In this document: positions 36,159 to 41,971 of the stretch, one piece after another
Position numbering within the stretch: position 1 is the stretch's first letter
How the letters are laid out: each line of letters begins with the position of its first letter
IMG/VR virus record: IMGVR_UViG_3300022217_000127
Location: 1 to 41,971 of that record
DNA: 41,971 bases
Direction: 5' to 3' (one strand)
Source: a virus
Lineage: Duplodnaviria > Caudoviricetes
Notes under the pieces: model-generated
What the model saw: only the letters and a program-made list of their open reading frames with translations
What the model was told of the DNA's origin: nothing
The model's database searches: none
Translations under genes and position numbers: made by a program

Positions 36159-36596
36159 TTACTTTAAATCCTCAAGCAGTTTCTTGTAGAACCATCGCCG
36201 CATGAGACACTTAGGCCAGCACCAGCCATAACGCAGCCATAGCTTCCAGACTGCCTGCTCAACAGAGAGCTTGTTGTCAACTATGTCGTGCCAGTATGGC
36301 CAGCGCTCAACATACCATCGCCCAGAAAAGAACACAGGCAGCGGAAACAGAGTCACAGCTAGCGGTATGAGCCAAGGCCCCCACCAACTAGCAAACTGTC
36401 TCGCGTGCATAATCTCGTGATCGATCTGCTGGCTCTCTGCTGGATCAATGCATGATGTTGGATAGGTGATCGTCACTTTCTTTTGTAACGGGAAGCGATA
36501 GGTCATCCACACGATATCTCGAGCTGCTACCCATTGCAGGAGACACCTCAGGTTGGACTCGCTTGCGCTGACTAGCTTGTATTCACATCTCCTCAT
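36159..36596 (-). CDS. HExxH-containing membrane-associated protein (zincin-like)
   Basis: 'IDHEIMHARQ', hydrophobic segment, downstream E in 'RWYVER'. Confidence 0.55.
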   Translation of the reverse strand: MRRCEYKLVSASESNLRCLLQWVAARDIVWMTYRFPLQKKVTITYPTSCIDPAESQQIDHEIMHARQFASWWGPWLIPLAVTLFPLPVFFSGRWYVERWPYWHDIVDNKLSVEQAVWKLWLRYGWCWPKCLMRRWFYKKLLEDLK

Positions 36597-36820
36597 GGAT
36601 CACACTCCGAGAGAAAATCCCTAGCCCGACACACTGAGCATGGGTTCTTTTTTGGAAAGTATGAGCAACCCAACATCTCTTGACCCTCGTATCTGCATGG
36701 CTGATCCTCGAGCAACGCAGAGAGCGCCTGTGTCAACAACTCTACCCGCTTTTCTAGGCCGCACCCATCGCGCAGTAGCTTTCGGAGTTTGAATTGCTCG
36801 TTATCGGTTAGTTGCGCCAT
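36593..36820 (-). CDS. small Cys-rich protein (MAQLTDNEQF...)
   Basis: TGATG coupling to upstream gene; C..C..CxxC. Confidence 0.6.
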   Translation of the reverse strand: MAQLTDNEQFKLRKLLRDGCGLEKRVELLTQALSALLEDQPCRYEGQEMLGCSYFPKKNPCSVCRARDFLSECDP

Positions 36821-37371
36821 CACCCACCCCCATTTTGATGCACCGGACAATTCCGGCCCGAGGTTTCGGCGCAGGCGCAGCCGGTGATCACCCGATAGTG
36901 CCACTTGACCGCGTGAAAAACTCTTTGGGCGCAATCCTTCCCATAATCGCCAGAAACTTCCTCCGCTGCTACTTTTGCGGCGTTGCCCAGTGCCTCGCGC
37001 AGCCTCTCGACTTCCGCGCGTAGGTCGGCAATCTCCAGCATGTGACGCTCGTCTGCTCTGATTGTGATGTCGTGGCTCCCCTTGAAGTCTTCGAGTTCCG
37101 CGCGCAGCTCGTCCCGCTCTTTGGTGAGGCGGGCGAGTTCTTGGTTTTGCTTGTATTGCTTCGGACAGTCGCACTGCACCAACGTCGAGTCGTATGCTGT
37201 GCAACGAGAGCATGGCCATCTGTCTGGGTCCGTCTCGTGCAGAGACAGCCTAGACTTCAATCGCTCGTTCTCTTTGGTGAGGCGTTCGATTCTACTTGTT
37301 GCCCAGCCCGGCTCTCTAACAACCAGTGTCGGCAAGTCACACTCGTTGCCGTCTGCGTCGTGATACGTCAT
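36820..37371 (-). CDS. coiled-coil mosaic protein with Cys clusters
   Basis: ATGA coupling; coiled coils, CxxC..CxC and CxC...CPVH. Confidence 0.65.
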   Translation of the reverse strand: MTYHDADGNECDLPTLVVREPGWATSRIERLTKENERLKSRLSLHETDPDRWPCSRCTAYDSTLVQCDCPKQYKQNQELARLTKERDELRAELEDFKGSHDITIRADERHMLEIADLRAEVERLREALGNAAKVAAEEVSGDYGKDCAQRVFHAVKWHYRVITGCACAETSGRNCPVHQNGGG

Positions 37372-37625
37372 GTCTCACCCCCAAAAAACGCCTTGTCGCC
37401 GATAGCCTCTTCGACACGTTCGATAATCTCGCGCAGGTGTTTGTTCTCACATTCGAGTTGTTTGATGCGGTCGTGCAACTCATCTGTTGCCGCATCGCTA
37501 ACCAGTAACTCGCGCACCGATAGCGCCAATTCTGGTGTTATGACTGGCTCAGTGTACGGCCATTTTTCCGGGGGAGAGGTTTCCGACATACCAATCCCGT
37601 ACACCATAACGTCCATTCGACTCAT
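37368..37625 (-). CDS. hypothetical protein (MSRMDVMV...)
   Basis: ATGA coupling both ends, GGAG RBS. Confidence 0.6.
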   Translation of the reverse strand: MSRMDVMVYGIGMSETSPPEKWPYTEPVITPELALSVRELLVSDAATDELHDRIKQLECENKHLREIIERVEEAIGDKAFFGGET

Positions 37626-37915
37626 GTCTTCTCCCCAAAAAACGCCGCGTGGATGCGGGCGTCGCGGTCGCAGGTGCACGGGTTATCAATACTAATCGTC
37701 GTCTGTTGTGCGAGCGACTCGCACGGCAAAACCCTCCAGCCGCCCGTGTACGGACTTTTGAGCCCTTGCTCATGCGGTATCAACGGAATCAACCGCCTCG
37801 CGATGGCGATGAGGTCATAGATATCTATCGCCGGGGTCCTGTGTCCGCCTTGCGTCACAGCGAACGGGTATCGCGCTTCAATCTCGGCCAGGTATTTTTC
37901 GACGTCGTCAGTCAT
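37622..37915 (-). CDS. hypothetical protein
   Basis: coupled ORF; H..C..CxC. Confidence 0.55.
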   Translation of the reverse strand: MTDDVEKYLAEIEARYPFAVTQGGHRTPAIDIYDLIAIARRLIPLIPHEQGLKSPYTGGWRVLPCESLAQQTTISIDNPCTCDRDARIHAAFFGEKT

Positions 37916-38114
37916 AGTCGCAATCTCTCAATTCGCGCATCGTCAACTCAGGTCGACTGGCCGAAGCTTTCGCGCCGCACGAACACGAGTAATAGAAGAA
38001 ATTTGACGCAAGGTCGCAGGGCTCGTGCCGTCCAATCATTTCGTTCTCTTTGCCGCATGACGGGCACTCGTACACACCATGCACCCATTCCTTTTTTTCG
38101 ACGTCGGGGGTCAT
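37908..38114 (-). CDS. small Zn-ribbon protein
   Basis: CPSCG ... CSCG; ATGA coupling. Confidence 0.6.
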   Translation of the reverse strand: MTPDVEKKEWVHGVYECPSCGKENEMIGRHEPCDLASNFFYYSCSCGAKASASRPELTMRELRDCDYD

Positions 38115-38317
38115 GCGTCCATACCCTTCCACCGCATCAACGAAACGATGCGGCTTTTTACGTAGTCGTACGCATGTAACTTACCTTTACGTATCAACGC
38201 GTTGTCCCGTGCGTTGCTGCCGGGCGGGGCGCTTTGGATGCGTTCAACAGACTTTTCGATTTCGGCTAACAGGGTTAGACAATCGCCTTGTGTTAGGCAT
38301 GGTGCGCGTTGCTTCAT
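38111..38317 (-). CDS. hypothetical protein (MKQRAPC...)
   Basis: ATGA coupling, GGAGGG RBS. Confidence 0.55.
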   Translation of the reverse strand: MKQRAPCLTQGDCLTLLAEIEKSVERIQSAPPGSNARDNALIRKGKLHAYDYVKSRIVSLMRWKGMDA

Positions 38318-38511
38318 TCCCCGTCCCTCCGTCCGGCCATCCATTCCCGATACCGCCGCAGCCACGACTCAAGACACCGAGCGTCGGTTGCGGATAGTGG
38401 GTAGAAGTTCGAGCTAAACAGCGCGACAGACCCGTCCCGCAGTACGCGGACGGTAGCCCGCTGGCCTAGCTTCATCTTGCGCGGCTTGTTGGGTTTGCGT
38501 TTGGTAACCAT
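38314..38511 (-). CDS. small basic hypothetical protein
   Basis: TAATG coupling. Confidence 0.55.
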   Translation of the reverse strand: MVTKRKPNKPRKMKLGQRATVRVLRDGSVALFSSNFYPLSATDARCLESWLRRYREWMAGRRDGE

Positions 38512-38705
38512 TAGTCCACCTTGATCACTTTCGAAGCACGAGAGAGCCAGTCAAACATTTCATAAACGCAATCAGGGCAGAGACACATAACCCTGTAATC
38601 TTCTGCTGTGATTTGAATAGCAGGATATGGTTTGCCATAGAGGCACCTATCGCAGACGATCGGATCCGGTTTACCTACTATCACTGATGAGTTTTTCTCT
38701 GTCAT
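38511..38705 (-). CDS. small Zn-finger protein
   Basis: CDRC ... LCPDC. Confidence 0.6.
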   Translation of the reverse strand: MTEKNSSVIVGKPDPIVCDRCLYGKPYPAIQITAEDYRVMCLCPDCVYEMFDWLSRASKVIKVD

Positions 38706-38708
38706 GCT

Positions 38709-38825
38709 TCACCCACAACAATACAGCAGCACCCACGATACAAGCGTGAGCATTGCGAGATAGTAGCAAGCAACGAACAAGTTACGCCCGAAGTCCGTTG
38801 ATAGAAATCTCCGACTTGACCTCAT
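38709..38825 (-). CDS. possible 38-aa membrane peptide (not in ORF track)
   Basis: MRSSRRFLSTDFGRNLFVACYYLAMLTLVSWVLLYCCG; fills gap, overlaps MTase end. Confidence 0.3.
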   Translation of the reverse strand: MRSSRRFLSTDFGRNLFVACYYLAMLTLVSWVLLYCCG

Positions 38826-39336
38826 CACCCCAGCAATCCCAGCCATCAACTTGCTCCCTTGCAAATAGTTCTATGCGCGGCACGTCTCCGCACAGTCTCA
38901 CGATCCTATCTCTTACCTCTGGAGGCTTTGCGCTGTGCTGCATACGTGGCGCAACTATCAGTGAGCTAACGTCTCTGTGTGCAACCTTTGGCTTTCCTCT
39001 CACTCCAAGAAAGCAGCACTCAGGGTTAGCTCGCGTATAGTGACCCATCCCAGTTGAATAGTTCCCGTTGCCTGCAGTTTTCGCCCAAATAAAACCTATC
39101 GTCTTGAGCTGAAAGCCCCAGCGCTCTGCCACGTAGGTATGCGCGCCTCTGCAGATAAATGGGTTAGTTACCCACAGGAACAGGAAACAATCATCAGCGC
39201 AGATATCCGCAACGCGCATCGCTGCTATGCGGTTAGTTGCCTCTGTAGAATAGTGGCGCTCTGCTCCGCCTCTGTGCATTGACTTGTCGCCATAGCTCCA
39301 GGCTGGATCTGCTAGCACGCATTGATACTTACCCAT
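38782..39336 (-). CDS. MT-A70 family N6-adenine DNA methyltransferase
   Basis: 'YQCVLADPAW', 'HY.T', 'LFLWVT', 'WGF......F.W.K', 'G.GHYTR.N.E', 'HS.KP', 'RIELFAR....GWD.WG.E'. Confidence 0.92.
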   Translation of the reverse strand: MGKYQCVLADPAWSYGDKSMHRGGAERHYSTEATNRIAAMRVADICADDCFLFLWVTNPFICRGAHTYVAERWGFQLKTIGFIWAKTAGNGNYSTGMGHYTRANPECCFLGVRGKPKVAHRDVSSLIVAPRMQHSAKPPEVRDRIVRLCGDVPRIELFAREQVDGWDCWGDEVKSEISINGLRA

Positions 39337-39761
39337 CACGCACCAACTATCTCAACGTTGAGCCTGTCATCCTTGCAGATCAGTATCTCAACTCTAGGGT
39401 TGTCATAGTCGCGCCTACGCAACACAGTCACGCAGGTGAATTGATAATCATTGGCGACTATCTTTGCTTTCTCGAGCGCATCGAGAGGACCAGCTGCAAG
39501 GTTGTCGACGTCGGGCCTTTGCGCCTTGCCTATGTATGCAGTGAGGACTGCAGCAAGGTTCCCAACTATCGGGAGCCTACCGCTCCATTGCACGGTTAGT
39601 TGCTGAACAGCAGACTTTCTCCAGCGTGCTACCTTTGCGTTATCCACAATACAGGGACGCTGTTGTCCTGTCCTCTTGTCCTTGGTCCAGATGATCTGCT
39701 TGTTGTTCTTTTGAACCTGTGGCTTACCCTGGATCTCAAACTTATAAACCGTGTCTGTCAT
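39336..39761 (-). CDS. rusA: RusA-family Holliday junction resolvase
   Basis: 'I.G.P..KN', 'RPD.DNL....LDAL....I..ND', 'NPRVEI'. Confidence 0.88.
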   Translation of the reverse strand: MTDTVYKFEIQGKPQVQKNNKQIIWTKDKRTGQQRPCIVDNAKVARWRKSAVQQLTVQWSGRLPIVGNLAAVLTAYIGKAQRPDVDNLAAGPLDALEKAKIVANDYQFTCVTVLRRRDYDNPRVEILICKDDRLNVEIVGA

Positions 39762-39988
39762 CGCTTGCGCCTGTGCTTGTCTGCGTTTGGACAGGTAGAA
39801 AAGTGAGAGACATACCCATTGACGGAATCGACAATCCTAGGACTGCCAAACAGATCGCCAGTTGAGAGCATTGCAACCCTCACAGGCTTTGCGTCTAAGG
39901 GTGTTGTTTTACCTGCCTGAGTTGTGGCCCAGACAACAGGCGCACCACAGGACTTACAAGACTTGACCTGATGCGATTGATCAGACAC
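39758..39988 (-). CDS. small Zn-binding protein
   Basis: 'CKSCGA.V.W..T..GK..PLD ... SHF.TCP.A..HR'. Confidence 0.7.
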   Translation of the reverse strand: MSDQSHQVKSCKSCGAPVVWATTQAGKTTPLDAKPVRVAMLSTGDLFGSPRIVDSVNGYVSHFSTCPNADKHRRKR

Positions 39989-40010
39989 TTTGTGATCTCC
40001 CTTTTTTGGA

Positions 40011-40052
40011 CTGCCTGCCTGGTGTTGCTTGTGCGCTCCGCTAGGCAGGCAG
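40011..40052. other. intergenic stem-loop
   Basis: CTGCCTGCCT ... AGGCAGGCAG perfect 10-bp inverted repeat. Confidence 0.55.
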
Positions 40053-40072
40053 GCCCAAATAGGTAGCAGTCA

Positions 40073-40594
40073 TCAGCCTGTGACTACCGCCTGATTGTTT
40101 CCGAACGCGCCTTTTTTAATCACAACGTTACCCTGGCTGAGAGCAAGCTCCTGTTGCGCTGGCTCAAAGTCTGCCGTGACAACCTCTCCAAACTCACAGA
40201 CCAGATCGCCTGCTATTTTCTTGTCTTTCTTTAGGTTGAACGGCATCTCAAGAGTTACGAGGACTCTATCCTCTCCCTTTACGGGAGTGATTTGCTTAAT
40301 CACTGGCTGGACGTTCTGCTTGTGATTCGCGATGCTCACGTTGTGATACTCGCAAATCATGTCAGGTGTGATCTGCTTGTACCCAAACGAGACACCAGCT
40401 TCCTCGCTCGATCCCGTCGAGACTTTCATTGACGAGAACGCTACGCGCTGCATTGCCTCTCCGAATCTCTCAAGGCACTGCTGCTTGTCGCAGATAGTTT
40501 GCAGCTTGACGTATGCCAGCCTCGCTCCATTCTCAGGATTGAACTTGAGGCTGCAGCCTGTCATGTCTCCGGTAATCTTTCCTCTGATTTTCAT
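40073..40594 (-). CDS. hypothetical protein
   Basis: 173 aa, GAGGA RBS. Confidence 0.7.
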   Translation of the reverse strand: MKIRGKITGDMTGCSLKFNPENGARLAYVKLQTICDKQQCLERFGEAMQRVAFSSMKVSTGSSEEAGVSFGYKQITPDMICEYHNVSIANHKQNVQPVIKQITPVKGEDRVLVTLEMPFNLKKDKKIAGDLVCEFGEVVTADFEPAQQELALSQGNVVIKKGAFGNNQAVVTG

Positions 40595-40606
40595 ATCTGA
40601 TCCTCG

Positions 40607-41866
40607 TTAGTCGCTGAATGTTTGAGTGTTGCCGTTCCAAGTTACTCTTACGGTTCCTGTGCGTCCGAATCTCTGCTTTCCTATCGTGATGTCTGCCTCA
40701 TTCTCTGGCTTGTCTGCGTTGTAATAATGCGCGCGATAGAGGAGCCAGACATTATCGGCATCCTCCTCAATATTTCCTGAGTCTCTCAGGTCACTCATTT
40801 TTGGCTTTGACTCTGCTCTCTGCTCAACTGCTCTGTTGAGTTGGGATAGAGCGATCACGTGGCAGTCAAAATCCTTTGCGATCGCCTTGAGTCCTTTGGT
40901 CACTGCGCCAACTCTCAGATCGTGGCGCTCGTGCTTTGAGTCCATTTTTGCCAGCTGGAGATAATCCACAACAACCAGGCTGATCTGTTTCAGCCTCGAT
41001 AGAGAGGCTCTGATTGCGTCAACGCTAATCCCTGCCCTATCGTCAATGTAGAGATTGAACTGATAGATCTGATTGCAGGTCTCTGCCAGCTCTCCAGACG
41101 CTGCTTTGCTCGGCAGGTCCTCGTATTGCAGACCAGCTGCGCTGCTCATGATGCGCCTGATCAAGCTGCTCTTATCCATCTCCAGCGAGAACAGAGCAAC
41201 GGATCCCTTGTCTTTCGACATTGCGCAATGTGAGGCTATGTTTCCAGCCAGGCTGGATTTGCCCATTCCTGGCCTACCTGCGATGATCGTGAGCTGTCCT
41301 TTGCAGAGCTTGCCTTTTTTGTCTAGCGCCTTGATCCCTGTCTTTGCCTCAACAAAGCTGTCTGGGTTCTCATATTCCCTCTGCAGCTCCCTCACAACGC
41401 TTCCCAGTGGCTTGCTTACGTGTACTAGCCCTGAGTTGTTCCCAACATCAACGCTGGCCATAGCACGCTGGATCTCAGCTGCTGCAACCTCTGCTGTGTC
41501 TCCTCTGCCTAGTGCGTCCTGTACTGCTCGCTCCATCTCTCGGCGCCTCCAGGCGTCTGTGACCAGATAGGCCCAGTGTCCTAGGTTGACGTGCCCAGGA
41601 CAGCACTCAATAAGCTCAAAGACCTCCTTTGACAGATATCCCCAGCTGTACTCATTCAGCTTGGATCTCAGGTCGATAGGGTCAACAGGCCCAACATCTC
41701 CCCTGATCTCCTCGATCACTGTGTACACTTTCGCGCAATGCTCGCTTGTGAATTGCTCGGCAGTGAGGGAATGCACCTGTTCAGGCCAGGGTCCAGGCCA
41801 GGCAAGCATACCGCCGATCGTTGCTTCCTCGTGAATAGGCGCCTGCTCTAGTTTTGACATATGCAT
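40607..41866 (-). CDS. dnaB: replicative DNA helicase
   Basis: 'IIAGRPGMGKS', 'FSLEM', 'VVVDYLQL', 'LSQLNR', 'SDLRDSG.IEEDAD', 'KQR.G.TG'. Confidence 0.95.
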   Translation of the reverse strand: MHMSKLEQAPIHEEATIGGMLAWPGPWPEQVHSLTAEQFTSEHCAKVYTVIEEIRGDVGPVDPIDLRSKLNEYSWGYLSKEVFELIECCPGHVNLGHWAYLVTDAWRRREMERAVQDALGRGDTAEVAAAEIQRAMASVDVGNNSGLVHVSKPLGSVVRELQREYENPDSFVEAKTGIKALDKKGKLCKGQLTIIAGRPGMGKSSLAGNIASHCAMSKDKGSVALFSLEMDKSSLIRRIMSSAAGLQYEDLPSKAASGELAETCNQIYQFNLYIDDRAGISVDAIRASLSRLKQISLVVVDYLQLAKMDSKHERHDLRVGAVTKGLKAIAKDFDCHVIALSQLNRAVEQRAESKPKMSDLRDSGNIEEDADNVWLLYRAHYYNADKPENEADITIGKQRFGRTGTVRVTWNGNTQTFSD

Positions 41867-41887
41867 TGTAGGCCTCCCAACCTGCGA

Positions 41888-41971
41888 TCAGTCCTCGAAA
41901 TAATGCTCATAATGCATTTTAGGCTCAGTTGTCTGCTCTTTCTGACCTGATTTCTGCTGCTCAGGATCCTG
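41888..41971 (-). CDS. 3' end of a gene truncated by window edge (possibly replication initiator)
   Basis: open frame QDPEQQKSGQKEQTTEPKMHYEHYFED* ending just before the DnaB RBS; function inferred from position only. Confidence 0.35.
   Translation of the reverse strand, partial: QDPEQQKSGQKEQTTEPKMHYEHYFED

Noticed and set aside
36821-37219. 208-aa ORF 36593..37219
   Set aside because: The Arg-rich front part is an alternate frame of 36820..37371; only the coupled 75-aa tail looks real
62-41834. Numerous plus-strand ORFs (e.g. 982..1632, 15662..16258, 29594..30232, 37042..37695)
   Set aside because: All are antisense shadows of well-supported minus-strand genes, with no RBS or motif support
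1-41971. Stop-codon reassignment, tRNA genes, CRISPR arrays, introns/inteins
   Set aside because: Core genes are full length in the standard code, intergenic gaps are short, no cloverleaf or spaced repeats seen, and TerL and DnaB are normal size

Overview
The window is a near-complete tailed dsDNA phage genome with a contractile (myovirus-type) tail. Every credible gene is on the minus strand. Reading in transcription order (right to left): DnaB helicase, RusA, MT-A70 methyltransferase, a run of small coupled ORFs, terminase small/large, DUF1073-type portal, Mu gpF-like protein, DUF2213 protease/scaffold, decoration protein, DUF2184-type capsid, neck genes, DUF3383-type sheath, tube, tail chaperone with a -1 frameshift, short tape measure, baseplate genes, ~11 kb of fibre/adaptor genes with an embedded membrane-protein (lysis) cluster, amidase endolysin, a ~400 bp non-coding control region, then small early genes, an SMC-like ATPase, a RecE-like exonuclease and a Sak4-like ATPase. 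No integrase, CI repressor, tRNA, CRISPR or reverse transcriptase is visible. The most striking unexplained feature is the control region. It has a well-formed sigma54 (-24/-12) promoter, an IHF-like site and an array of palindromic enhancer-like sites. These precede an operon whose second gene (missed by the ORF track) is a stand-alone Fis/NtrC-type HTH protein. All family assignments are from motif recognition and synteny, not from database searches.
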